Below, piece after piece: positions 13,855 through 25,750 of a stretch of DNA of 64,000 bases (the first letter of the stretch is position 1; each line of letters starts with the position of its first letter). Source of the DNA: Eledone cirrhosa (lineage: Eukaryota); the NCBI GenBank assembly GCA_964016885.1, contig OZ024741.1, positions 162,192,001 through 162,256,000 of the forward strand, read 5' to 3'. A program made the translations under genes and the position numbers. The notes under the pieces are model-generated. The model made no database searches, had not been told where the DNA came from, and saw only the letters and a list, made by a program, of their open reading frames with translations.

Positions 13855-14864
13855 TATTCTACGTCATTCAGTAATATCTGACCATGACAATGAAAGTTCT
13901 ACACGTGCTACCAAAACATACGTCTTAAAGGGTGAGGTTAAAGTAAAGAGATTTTAAGCTCCAGTGAACATAGCTGGATAAATCTTTTGTAAAAGGGTTA
14001 GATAATTAGCAGGCTTTGTCATAACTAAACTATCAAGTTCACTGGGATTATCCAACGGATACCACAATACCAATGTTACCGTCATTGTTGTTTTATTGTT
14101 TGTTGTTATCCTTGTGGCTGTGGTGGTGGTGGTGGCGGTGGTGGTGGTGGTGGTGGTGGTGGTGGTGGTGGCGGTGGTGGTGGTGGTGGTGGTGGTGGTG
14201 GTGGTGGTGGTGGTGGCGGTGGCGGTGGTGGTGGTGGTGGTGGTGGTGGCGGTGGTGGTGGTGGTGGTGGTGGTGGTGGTGGTGGTGGTGGCGGTGGTGG
14301 TGGTGGTGGCTGTGGTGGTGGTGGTGGTGGTGGTGGTGGTGGCGGTGGCGGTGGTGGTGGTGGTGGTGGTGGTGGTGGTGGTGGTGGTGGCGGCGGTGGT
14401 GGTGGTGGTGGTGGCGGCGGTGGTGGTGGTGGTGGTGGCGGCGGTGGTGGTGGTGGTGGTGGTGGTGGTGGTGGTGGTGGTGGCGGTGGCGGTGGCGGTG
14501 GTGGTGGTGGTGGTGGTGGTGGCGGTGGCGGTGGTGGTGGTGGTGGTGGCGGTGGTGGTGGTGGTGGTGGTGGTGGTGGCGGTGGCGGTGGTGGTGGTGG
14601 TGGTGGTGGTGGTGGCGGTGGTGGTGGTGGTGGTGGTGGTGGTGGTGGCGGTGGTGGTGGTGGTGGTGGTGGTGGTGGAATTTATAAAGGCGATAAAACA
14701 TAAACATAGGCTGATGTGCCAGGAGGGGGATCACGCCCCCCCTCCCTTCATTTGGAGAAATCATCGGGAAAAATTCGGTCAAAAGAGGAAAAAGAATCAT
14801 ACAGAAGAAACAAAAATAATCAACAAATTAACAATGAAATCAAATTAATTGCAAGGTATTAGCA

Positions 14865-14943
<79 letters not shown>

Positions 14944-14990
14944 TGTGTGTGTCTGTATTTGTGTGTATATATGTATATATACATATAGAT
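13855..14990 (+). repeat. Duplicated segment (copy of about 20078-20940) including (GGT)n 14115-14677 and (GT)n
   Basis: Unique flanks on both sides of the GGT tract are near-identical between the copies. Confidence 0.9.
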
Positions 14991-15074
14991 ATATACATAT
15001 ATATATATTTACATATATACATATATATATACACACACATATAATATGTATATATGTATATATATATATGTATA

Positions 15075-15150
<76 letters not shown>

Positions 15151-15169
15151 TATACATATATATATACAT

Positions 15170-16200
15170 AGGGACAGGTGTAGCAGATGCATAGTGGATA
15201 TAACCCGGCTATCGAGGGTAATCCCAATGGCCGCATGGGGGCTACACCGCCCTGGAGACTTGGGACGATTCCGAACACAATTGTGACACCCCAGGACAAC
15301 ATCGACCCACAGGTAATTTCCAGTTACAATAGACCAGTAACTAGGGAGACAGGTAACTCTAATATAGTTAGTAAGAACAAGAGGCATCGGACCAGAAAAG
15401 TCCTGTGGTATAATCCCCTACTCCACTGGCCTGACCACTAGTATAGCTAAGCTTTTCTTTAGGGCCTTAGACAAATGCTTCCCTAGATCGCACAGATATT
15501 ATAAAATATTCAATAGAAATACCATGAAGCTGTCCTACTCCACAACTAGTAACATAGCTCAGAATATAGCTAAGATGAATTATAATAGACTTAGGACAGC
15601 CCATGAGGGAATTAGGCATGGCAGGAACAATGGCAGCTCTATGGAGGAACTGACTCATACACGTGAGGCGAGTCGGGTCTCCCCAACCCCAGGGAATTTA
15701 CACATAGAGCAGACAGGATCTGAGACCCGACCCCAAAGGTACCGTGGTCCATCTGGAACTACCCAGGTCGATAGCAAAAAATGAAACTGCAGAAGCACCG
15801 CCACCTGCCCTATGGCTGGGAAATGCCTTACCAAAAACATAGTCTACGACTGTAAGGTCTCCACTCCTTATAGAACCTTTAGGTATGTTGGAGCAACTGC
15901 CACGGAATTTAAGGCTAGATGGTATAATCACCGCCATACCTTTAATAGATTAGATAAAAAAATAGCACGGCACTTTCTGAATTAGTCTGGAAGCTTAAAC
16001 ATCAGAGCACTCCTTATCCTGGTCCATAGTTTGCTCATCCCAACCTTATAACGGCAGCACTGGCGTCTGCAATTTATGTATAGCTGAAACCTTTAATATT
16101 ATTAGAGGCGGCCCCCTATTAATTAATAGGAGAGCTGATTTTTTTCAGCAATTGCCAACATAGAACCTCGAAAACCTTCCGCAGGATTTTTGGAAGGTAA
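15170..16200 (+). pseudogene. 5'-truncated Penelope-like element (Naiad type): RT-EN linker and GIY-YIG endonuclease
   Basis: Reconstructed: [106 protein letters not shown], with about four frameshifts. Confidence 0.85.
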
Positions 16201-17945
16201 CCTACCACTAACTCCTCCCTCTCTACTTTTGCCATAGAGTTCTCTCAATAAACAGACAGTCACACACTCAGGTAGTTAGACGGCTAAGATTGTTTGCGCA
16301 CTTACAAACGATACTCAGCCTGTTTCCACGGAGTTCTCACAGTTGAGTGCACTTTTTTAGAATACCTAGCTAGTAAATAGTTAGATTGATTACGCACTTA
16401 GAATATCTAGTTAGTAATTGATTGCACACTCAGGCATGACCGATTACGCTCGCCTACCTTTACTTTAAGATACCCTAACCATTGAGTTCTCTCAGTTGGG
16501 ATATAGCTAGTCGTATTACACACTTAGTTAGGACCGATTACGCTCTCTATACATAACTCTACACACAGTACCCCTTTCCTTTAGACATTGAGCTCCCACA
16601 ATTACAACTATCACGTTCCTACCGACTGAATACTACACTAGGTTTTGATCCGTGATCATCTAACCATGGAGGACTCACTGTTACGGATTGAACAATAATA
16701 CTTACACACCATTAATGGGCCTACATACATCCTCTGGATTTTACTATCCTGTGTTTTTTTACTTCACCTTCTGTGTTGGATAACACACCTCCACCACTCA
16801 AACAAATATCCTAAAAGCTCATTGGCCCATATGGCGGGAAATCACACTTACTGACGCATTTACCCAATACCCAACCCTACACGGAGCCCCTTGCTGGCCT
16901 ACATTGCGGTTGCTTGCACGCACGGATTTGGTGACTCCGATTCTCAGCGGTACATACTGAGTTCGATATGAGCTGATTGCTTGCTCTTCACATGGATGTG
17001 TATATACCCAGACATACCCTTTTTTTTTTTTTGTTGGACGATTCGGATGTGTATATACCATAACATACACTTGAAGATATGGATGTTACAATTCAATCTA
17101 TACACGTATAGCAGAACACTGAACTGAACTTACTTTGAACTGAACTTACTTGCTTGTGTGTGTGTGGTTAACTCAATATTTCAAATTTACATCGTCAAAT
17201 TGAGATTTGACCAATGTAGCATCTGTTGTTTTGTGAACTAACTTTCGGTGAATGCTGTGTTGGTACATTCTTATATTTGTTTTCTTATATTTGTTTTTTT
17301 CTCTGACATCGCTTTGGTGTGTGTGATAGTGTGTGTGTACCCACCCACACTAACTGTGACCTTCTATAATTCTACAGGTTTGATACTGTGTTGATGTGTG
17401 TATATATATGTATATATTTTTTTCTTTGACCTCGAGCCGGTATATGTGGGTGTGGAGTGTGTGTGTACCCACTCACATTAACTGTGACTGACTGTATCCC
17501 TACAAATTTGATTGATGTCCAGCGTCTTTTGCAGCAATAGAAATCTGACAACTTTTATAACCTCAACTGAAGTTAATAGCAGTCGCCGTGTCTCTGACTG
17601 GTGTGTCTTCATATGAGGGAATGAATTCTGTGAGAGAACATCGTTATTTTTCTCCCTCATATCAAGAATTTGAAGACAATTCATTTTCACTTGATGAGAT
17701 CAGTGATAATCGATCATGGCTTCACAACCGATCTATCTCTTATTGAAACATGTGTCGTGATTAAATGATTGGAATTTTACCTTGCCTTCGGATTTTCATA
17801 TTGATACTTATACTCCGTTTTACATCATCTAGCTGTTCCCTTGAATGGAATTGGAGATATACAAAAGCGTGGAGAACTTAATATTGCTAACATAAATTTA
17901 TTGGACCATTTAACACAACCAATAATGCACCTTACTATATAACAA
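16201..17945 (+). mobile_element. 3' non-coding/pLTR region of the Penelope-like element, with a mutated hammerhead near 17688-17759
   Basis: 16545-17945 recurs at 51017-53303. The core here reads TTGATGA, but CTGATGA in the other copies. Confidence 0.6.
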
Positions 17946-18107
17946 CTATACATATATATATATGTGTGTGTAAATATATATATGTAAATATATATATATA
18001 TGTATGTATATATCTATATGTATATATAACAAAGGAATTGTGGTAAGGAACCAGATGGACCATAACGCACCAGAGTACTCAATACTTAGGGTAGTAGAGT
18101 GGGAAAT

Positions 18108-18206
18108 AGGAAAAAGTATGACTCCGACGGCAGAGCTCAAGCCGTTTCGACGGCTATTAGCCGTCGAAACGGTTTGAGCTCTGCCGTCGGGGTCATACTT
18201 TTTCCT
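18108..18206. repeat. Near-perfect 99-bp palindrome; related copies at 9600-9737 and 61330-61375
   Basis: AGGAAAAAGTATGACTCCGACGGCAGAGCTCAAGCCGTTTCGACGGCTA followed by its reverse complement. Confidence 0.85.
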
Positions 18207-18211
18207 TTATG

Positions 18212-18242
<31 letters not shown>

Positions 18243-18247
18243 GCACA

Positions 18248-18287
<40 letters not shown>

Positions 18288-18289
18288 TA

Positions 18290-18606
18290 CATATTGCCCC
18301 CCAGTACATTTGCTGAAAGGTGGGTGAATGTGGGACTACTCTGGTCATGCGGTTGTAGGTGGGTAAATTTGAGGAGAGATGGGTGCCCTTCCAGGGTGCT
18401 CTCGAAGCGTCGGGTCGTTCAGGATTGGTGGGGTACCTGAGCGAACCCTGGGTGGTCATCCCCCCTATTGGGGAATTTTTCTTGTATTTTTATTGTTACT
18501 TTGTTATTATTATTCATATTGTTTATTCGATTTTTCTGTAAAACCAACTGCCCCAGTCTTTTGTATTGTCTCCTATATGTCAGCCCTTGCGGCCAATAAA
18601 TGAAAT
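18290..18606 (+). mobile_element. 3' end of an L1/Tx1-like LINE
   Basis: ORF-end-like LPPSTFAERWVNV, T-rich 3' UTR, AATAAA, then (TTA)n. Homologous to 5070-5235. Confidence 0.5.
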
Positions 18607-18619
18607 CATTATTATTATT

Positions 18620-20827
18620 ATTATTAGGGCTCTCGATTGGCAGTATCGATAGAGCATCAAACACCATGCTTTGCAGCACAGAGTTATGGCCATTTACGTT
18701 CGGAGTTCAAATCCCGTCGATGTCAACTTTGCCTTTCACCCTTAAGGGGTCGGTAAAATAAAGCACCAGTAATGCGCTGGTATAATTGCTGGCCTTGTGC
18801 CAAAAAATAGAAACAATTATTACTACGGCCCTTTACGTTCTGATTTCAAATACTGCCGAGGTTAACTTTGCATTTGACTCAATTTAATCGACTTCCCCTT
18901 CCCCCAAAATTGGTGGCTTCGTGCCTAAATCAGAAGCATTGGCAGTATCAGTAGAGGGTCGGACGTCATGCTTTTCAGCATTGAGTTACGGCCCTTTCCA
19001 TTCTGAGTTCAAATCCCGCCGTGTTCAACTTTGCCTTTCATCCTTACGGAGTCGATAAAATAAAGTACCAGTAATGTACTTGGATAATTGCTGATCTTGT
19101 GCCAAAAGTAGAAACTATTATTAGCTAAAATTGGCTCTGCAGATTGTAAAGACTCTCTACCGTTGGTAGATGGCCTCGAAGTAGTGGTAATGGGGGTAGC
19201 AGTAGTAGTGTTAGAGCTTAATCCAACACTTATAAACCAGAAACTCACCTTTGTAGTGATGTCATTGAACTTGATTCAAAATTAAATCCATGGACAAATA
19301 GAAAATGCACGTGAGGCTAAAAAATATGTCTTGGTCCTTCGATCAATTTTGTAATGTTTAAATTTTTTTCTTCTCTTTTTATTTTTGCTTTCTTTGTATA
19401 TTTTTGCATTCCTTACAGTTCAATGAATTTAATCCCAGATCGCATCAGATCAAATACTTAATCCAGTCGCTGCGAAAGATATAGAAGCTGGTGCTAGAAA
19501 TATTTTAAGACTTAACATTGAAACCGACTAGCTGCTGCTGTTGTTGTTGTTGTTGGTGGTGGTGGTAATGGAAGTGATGGAGGTGATGGTACTGATGCTG
19601 ATAGTGACGGTGGTTGTGATGCCAGTGGTGGCGTTGGCTGTGGCGGCGTCGGGGCCGGCTATAGTTTTGGTACCGATGCTGGAAGTGTTGTTGTTGGTGT
19701 TAGTGTTGTGGGTGTGGGATTGGGGTTGGAGGTGGTAGTGTTTAACCCTAGGTCAACCTAGAACGAGAAAAGCCATAGAGAAACATATTCACTGAGTTAC
19801 CATCCCATATTTTCAGATAAGTATTGTTCATTTTAGAAATAATCAATATGGACTTCGCTTTAAAACAACGACAAGGTTAGATTGAGATTTCAAAGAATTT
19901 ACTGGCAATTCTAGTAACTCAGGTGACCACATAGAGACAAGCTTCTCTGTTATATCTTGGAGGGAAAATATTTGCATCTTTCATCATTCCTTCATACCCA
20001 ACCTATCAGATATAACATTTATCAATAAATCTCCATTTTGTTTCTATTCTTTATATATAGAGATAAACTGCACCTATATTCTACGTCATTCAGTGATATC
20101 TGACCATGACAATGAAAGTTCTACACGTGCTACCAAAACATACGTCTTAAAGGGTGAGGTTCAAGTAAAGAGATTTTAAGCTCCAGTGAACATAGCTGGA
20201 TAAATCTTTTGTAAAAGGGTTAGATAATTAGCAGGCTTTGTCATAACTAAACTATCAAGTTCACTGGGATTATCCAACGGATACCACAATACCAATGTTA
20301 CCGTCATTGTTGTTTTATTGTTTGTTGTTATCCTTGTGGCTGTGGTGGTGGTGGTGGCGGTGGTGGTGGTGGTGGTGGTGGTGGTGGTGGTGGCGGTGGT
20401 GGTGGTGGTGGTGGTGGTGGTGGTGGTGGCGGTGGCGGTGGTGGTGGTGGTGGTGGTGGTGGCGGTGGTGGTGGTGGTGGTGGTGGTGGTGGTAGTGGTG
20501 GCGGTGGTGGTGGTGGTGGTGGTGGCTGTGGTGGTGGTGGTGGTGGTGGTGGTGGTGGTGGTGGTGGCGGTGGTGGTGGTGGTGGTGGTGGTGGTGGTGG
20601 TGGTGGTGGCTGTGGTGGTGGTGGTGGTGGTGGTGGTGGTGGCTGTGGTGGTGGTGGAATTTATAAAGGCGATAAAACATAAACATAGGCTGATGTGCCA
20701 GGAGGGGGATCAGCCCCCCCCCCTCCTTCATTTGGAGAAATCATCGGGAAAAATTCGGTCAAAAGAGGAAAAAGAATCATACAGAAGAAACAAAAATAAT
20801 CAACAAATTAACAATGAAATCAAATTA

Positions 20828-20830
<3 letters not shown>
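18620..20830 (+). repeat. Local segmental duplication, unit A
   Basis: SINEs plus unique blocks 19120-19530 and 19735-20220, repeated at 26105-27185 and 29975-31085. Confidence 0.9.
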
Positions 20831-20922
<92 letters not shown>

Positions 20923-21475
20923 CATATAGATATATACATACATATATATATATTTATATATATATATACATATATATATGTATATATAAATATAAGTATG
21001 TATACGTACATACATATATGTATACAGACGTACAGTAGTATGTATATATATATACATACATACATGCACACATATATACATGTACGTATGGCTTTACCGA
21101 ACATTTATTATAATGCTCGGTTTGTTTGTAAACAAACAGCCCGAATTAGTAGCCGTACAGTGTTCGGCAACCATCGTTGCCCTTTTGTTCAACAACTGAC
21201 AAAGGAACGATGAACTAGCTTCTAGCTTATTAGCTGTCATCAGCACCGTATACCTTCCTGTCAGTCGATTGAACGTTTGAAAGTATATACTTTCCTTATG
21301 CACATTAACGGACATGCTTCCAGCGTAGTTACGCCCCCTTACGATCTGAGTCCAAATCCCGCCGAGATTAACTTTGCCTTTCAGCCTTACAGGGTCGATA
21401 AAATAAAGTACCAGTAATACACTGGGATAATTGCTGGCCTTGTGCCAAAAGTTGAAACAATTATTATTAATATTA

Positions 21476-24400
21476 TAGTTGCATTTATCTTGCGTTATGG
21501 TCATACGAGTTATCACCAAGTCACAACCAGTGACCTCAAGAGACAACAAGGTCCGCCATGTTCAAGAAAGAACATACATACTCACACATGCATCTTTAGT
21601 GTTTAGACTTGTGATGTACTTATATTGACAGAATCTTCCTTAGTATATGGGCAGTTCCCATTAGTACTATCTTTTGTATTTCTCCTATACGCGGGTTTCC
21701 TGGGATTTGCGATAAGTAATCATTAGACCCCTTAGGTATCATTCCCAGAGCGCCTACTACCACTAGTATTGTTTTAGTTCTCAATTTCCACATTTTTCCA
21801 ATATCTATCTCCAGGTCCTTATACTTGCTCAATTTTTTAAATGTTTTTATAGATACATTCTTGTCTATTGGAACGGACTTATCAATTAGCAGGCATACCC
21901 TCTTTTTAAAGTCCTTCAATATTATATCAGGTCTATTTGCATCTATTTTTCGGTCTGTTTGGATGCTAAAATTCCACAAGATTGAGATGTGATCTTTTTC
22001 AAGTATGGGAGGTGGTTGATGCTCCCACCAATTCTTTTGATGGGGCAGGTCAAAATGCTTACACATTATCCAATGTATGTATTGTGCAGCTCTGTCATGC
22101 CTGTTTAGGTATTCGGTTGGAGCTATAGGACTGCACATTGAAATTATATGGTCAATGGTCTCTGGTTGTTTTTTGCATACACGGCATAATGGGCTGCATC
22201 CATTTTTTATTATGTTGGCTTGGTAATTTTTTGTTGGCAGACACTGATCTTGTACTGATATAATCAGTCCTTCAGTCTCCGATTTCAGTCCAGAGGATGC
22301 CAACCACTGATGGGTTAAAGTTTTGTCAACATCAGGATTGTTAGCTCGCTCTGGGTATTTTCCATACAGAGGCCTTTCTTGCCATTTCTTAGCCAGTTTC
22401 TGTAGCAGTTCTTTCTTTGCAGTTACTTTTACCTGCTTTGCTTTTTCTGTGTTTTCCATTTCAGCAGTAAATGGGACTTCTGAAATTTGTAGTCTGTATC
22501 TTTGTGCATCTTTTGTAATGGAATATGATCTTTTGATGCGTTCGTGTTTCAAAACGAGTTTGATCATCCAATCATGTGATTCCCTTAGATATGTAGATAA
22601 TCCAATTGTTGCAGTTTTCCACGCAATGTCTAACTGGATTAACCCACGTCCTCCTTCTTTCCTAGGGAGATATATTCTATCTGTATCTGCCTTAGGGTGA
22701 TGCATTCTGTGCATGGTTAAGAATTTTCGAATTTTTGTATCGAGCCTACGGATCTCTGTGCTTGACCAGTTGATGACATTGTAACTGTAGGTTACTACTG
22801 GTATGGCAAGCGTGTTTATGGCATCGATCCTATTCCTTGCATTCAATTCCGTTCTTAAGATTGCTCTTACTCTGCGGTAACATTCCTTCCTTATCCTTTC
22901 CCTCATTGTCGAGTGCTTGATTCCGTCTCCTTCACAAACACCTAGATATTTGTAAGTTTTTTCTTGATCAAGTTCTCTTATCACGTTCCCCCGATCAAGA
23001 TTAATGTCTGAACTCCTCAGCAGCTTTCCTCTGGTGAACGTTGCTTTGGCGCATTTATCTAGTCCAAACTCCATTTTAATGTCATCACTGAACTGCTTCA
23101 CAGTGGCTAATAGCCCTTGCAATTGTTCATCATTTTTTGCAAATAGTTTCAGGTCATCCATGTAGAACAGGTGATTAATGGTTTTGACATAGACTTTATA
23201 TCCATGTTTTGTTTCATTGAGCATTTTACTTAATGGTATAAGTGCGATGCAGAATAAAAGCGGTGATAAAGAGTCACCCTGAAAAATTCCACAATTAATA
23301 TTAACTTCTCCAGCTTCCAGTGATTTTGTTTCACTATTCAAAAGGAGTGTCGTTTTCCATGTCTTCATACTAAATGACAAAAACCTCCTGACAACGGGGC
23401 ATATTTTGAAAATCTCTAAACATTTTTCAATCCAACTGTGTGGCAAACTATCGAATGCTTTTTTATAATCTATCCAAGCAATCGATAGATTTTTGTGTCT
23501 ATTATGACAATCTTCCAGTATCATTTTGTTAACCAGAAGCTGATCCTTACAGCCATATGAGCCTCGTTTACACCCTTTCTGCTCAATGGGAAATAGGTCA
23601 TTTGTTATCAGGTGGTCATATGTGTATTCAGTTAGGACTGATGTTAAAATTTTATACATTGTGGTCAAGCAAGTTATCGGTCTGTAATTTTTGGGATTGT
23701 TTGTCTCATCATTCTTCGGAAGCAGGAATGTAATGCCGTTAACTAGCCATGAAGGTATCTTTTCTGGCTCCTTAACTATTTCATTGTAAAGTTGGGCTAA
23801 CAGCTCATGAGACTCTGTGAAGGCATTTATCCAAAAGTTTTGTATTTTGTCTTTTCCTGGGGATTTCCATTTGCTGGTTTTTCTTAGAGCCAAGCGCAAC
23901 TGTTCAACTGTTATATTTTCCCATGTTTGTTCCTCAAGGTGAGCTGTATCTTTCATTTGTCTGTCTATCCATGGGGCATGTGTGTTATGAACTTTTTCTT
24001 CGGCCCAGATCTTTTCCCAGAATTCTTGCACTTCCTCCTTGGGTGGTATTGATTTAGCAGTTATTGTTGACTTACCAATTTTTCTGTAGAAGTTTCTTTG
24101 GTTGTTTTTGAACATATTATTGTCCTTATAGAATCTAGATCGTTTTTCAAAGCGCCTTATACGAGCAGCTTTGGCCGACACTTTTTGCTTGATTATTTCT
24201 ATCAGCATGTCTATGTCACATGTTGATTTTATACTGTACTTTTTTTTCAATTTTCTAAGTTTAGTTTGTTTAACATGTTCACCTACTTTATAGTTTGTTA
24301 AAATTTCTATGTCAGATCGGAGAAGGTTTATTTGGCGATTGATGTTCTCTTGCCAAGTAGATTTCTTGTGGGATTTCCTTTGTTTGTTCATCTTCACTCC

Positions 24401-25750
24401 ACATAAGCGAGTGGTGACTTTAGCCGCTGCATAATAGAGATGATTTAAATCAGTAATGTTTAGTTTGTTTGTGATGATAATGTTTTTGAGAATTATGTTA
24501 GTCTTGTGTATTATCTTTTGGTTCTGTTTGGAGTTCTGGATCTTAGGGAGGGTGTCTCGTTGCCCCATGTCAGATTCTTTCATTTTCATCCATTCGATCA
24601 TAATTTCATTCTTCAAGTTGGCAAGTTCATTCTCATTCATTTCTTTATCATTTACGATCTCATTATTTTCATTTGGAGTTTCATCCTGAGCATGCACTCC
24701 CTCCACTTTTTCGATCCTTTCTTTAATTTGTTCTGTTGCCAGTGATTCCGCCCCATCCCTGGGATTCGAAGTGTTACAGTTTACCTCGTTTTCACTGACA
24801 CATGTTTCATTTTCCCTTCGCTGACTTTGTGCTAATAGCTTGATCTGATCAATTTCTATATCAGTTAGTAACTTTTTTCTTACAATATTTCTTCGTATAT
24901 TGGCTAGTTTGTTACTGTCAATATAGCCTCTGTTTTCGGGATGTTTCTTTTTCCAGTTGATATATGTCTGTTCTGTATTCGATGTATTTGATGGGTAGTA
25001 CATGGCAGTGTAGAAAGCCTCAAGGACTTCTTTATTATCTTCCCTTGACCATTTTTCTCTCTTTTTCTTTGGATTTCTTGGTGGTGAGCATGGAGGGCCA
25101 ACAGTAGGAGTATTCCGGTTATGGGAGGTCTCCAGCTCCGAAGTGATGGGAAGGTTTGAACCATTAGCTGATTTTTCGACCCCAGTCTGGTTCCTCTCTG
25201 AGGGACGCGGCCCTTTTTTACCCGGGTGACGGCCGATCCGGTATGAGATTTTATCATTAGACATTTACTTTATTTTGTCGCGTTTTATCCTTATCCGCCA
25301 AGGAGTAATCATTTCGTGTTACCACTTCTAGAACGAGTGTCAACCAAGACTAGAGGGGTCGTTCTCCCCTAGAGACACGGCTATTCCCCGCCGGCCGCCA
25401 TCCCGGTATTTCTTGGTCACGGGGTTTTCTTTTTGTTGTTTTTTTTAAATTGTTATTATCATGAGTGGTTCCTTAGTGTGAGCATTGCGTGGCTTAAGAA
25501 TGAAATTATTAATAACTGTCTCCACTCCAGGCACAAGGCCAGCAATCACCCAGTGCATTACAATAATATAATATACTTTTTGTTGTAGTTGGCTGTTATT
25601 GTTGTTGGCTATGTCGGTGGTGGTGCCGGGGCTTTTTATATTGTTGGTGAGGAAGGGGTGAGCCAGCAGTCCCATAGTTGTTGATGTTGACGTTTGGCCG
25701 GTGGCCAGGTCACTAAGTCAATCTATTTATATCTTTTGCTAGCCTCTCCC
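21476..25750 (-). mobile_element. Full-length R4/Dong-clade non-LTR retrotransposon inserted at TAA repeats
   Basis: Single RT-RLE ORF, 5' UTR of about 490 nt next to (TTA)n at 25751-25807, and a short 3' UTR ending at TAATAATAA in a SINE tail. Dong elements are known to target TAA repeats. Confidence 0.9.
21620..25264 (-). CDS. 1214-aa reverse transcriptase / restriction-like endonuclease protein
   Basis: KSPGKD, NYRPITCL, IDYKKAFDS, GIFQGDSLSPLLF, FYMDD, YKYLG, YLPRKEGGRGL, CCHC finger CRVC..ETIDHIISMC, RHD, RPD..D..K..KY, VVVGALG. The frame is uninterrupted. Confidence 0.97.
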   Translation of the reverse strand: MSNDKISYRIGRHPGKKGPRPSERNQTGVEKSANGSNLPITSELETSHNRNTPTVGPPCSPPRNPKKKREKWSREDNKEVLEAFYTAMYYPSNTSNTEQTYINWKKKHPENRGYIDSNKLANIRRNIVRKKLLTDIEIDQIKLLAQSQRRENETCVSENEVNCNTSNPRDGAESLATEQIKERIEKVEGVHAQDETPNENNEIVNDKEMNENELANLKNEIMIEWMKMKESDMGQRDTLPKIQNSKQNQKIIHKTNIILKNIIITNKLNITDLNHLYYAAAKVTTRLCGVKMNKQRKSHKKSTWQENINRQINLLRSDIEILTNYKVGEHVKQTKLRKLKKKYSIKSTCDIDMLIEIIKQKVSAKAARIRRFEKRSRFYKDNNMFKNNQRNFYRKIGKSTITAKSIPPKEEVQEFWEKIWAEEKVHNTHAPWIDRQMKDTAHLEEQTWENITVEQLRLALRKTSKWKSPGKDKIQNFWINAFTESHELLAQLYNEIVKEPEKIPSWLVNGITFLLPKNDETNNPKNYRPITCLTTMYKILTSVLTEYTYDHLITNDLFPIEQKGCKRGSYGCKDQLLVNKMILEDCHNRHKNLSIAWIDYKKAFDSLPHSWIEKCLEIFKICPVVRRFLSFSMKTWKTTLLLNSETKSLEAGEVNINCGIFQGDSLSPLLFCIALIPLSKMLNETKHGYKVYVKTINHLFYMDDLKLFAKNDEQLQGLLATVKQFSDDIKMEFGLDKCAKATFTRGKLLRSSDINLDRGNVIRELDQEKTYKYLGVCEGDGIKHSTMRERIRKECYRRVRAILRTELNARNRIDAINTLAIPVVTYSYNVINWSSTEIRRLDTKIRKFLTMHRMHHPKADTDRIYLPRKEGGRGLIQLDIAWKTATIGLSTYLRESHDWMIKLVLKHERIKRSYSITKDAQRYRLQISEVPFTAEMENTEKAKQVKVTAKKELLQKLAKKWQERPLYGKYPERANNPDVDKTLTHQWLASSGLKSETEGLIISVQDQCLPTKNYQANIIKNGCSPLCRVCKKQPETIDHIISMCSPIAPTEYLNRHDRAAQYIHWIMCKHFDLPHQKNWWEHQPPPILEKDHISILWNFSIQTDRKIDANRPDIILKDFKKRVCLLIDKSVPIDKNVSIKTFKKLSKYKDLEIDIGKMWKLRTKTILVVVGALGMIPKGSNDYLSQIPGNPRIGEIQKIVLMGTAHILRKILSI

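Noticed and set aside
17478-17690. 70-aa ORF present three times
   Set aside because: Lies within the repeated Penelope-associated segment, has a non-ATG start and no motif.
22323-25257. Short ORFs overlapping the Dong ORF
   Set aside because: Antisense or alternative-frame shadows with no recognisable motifs.
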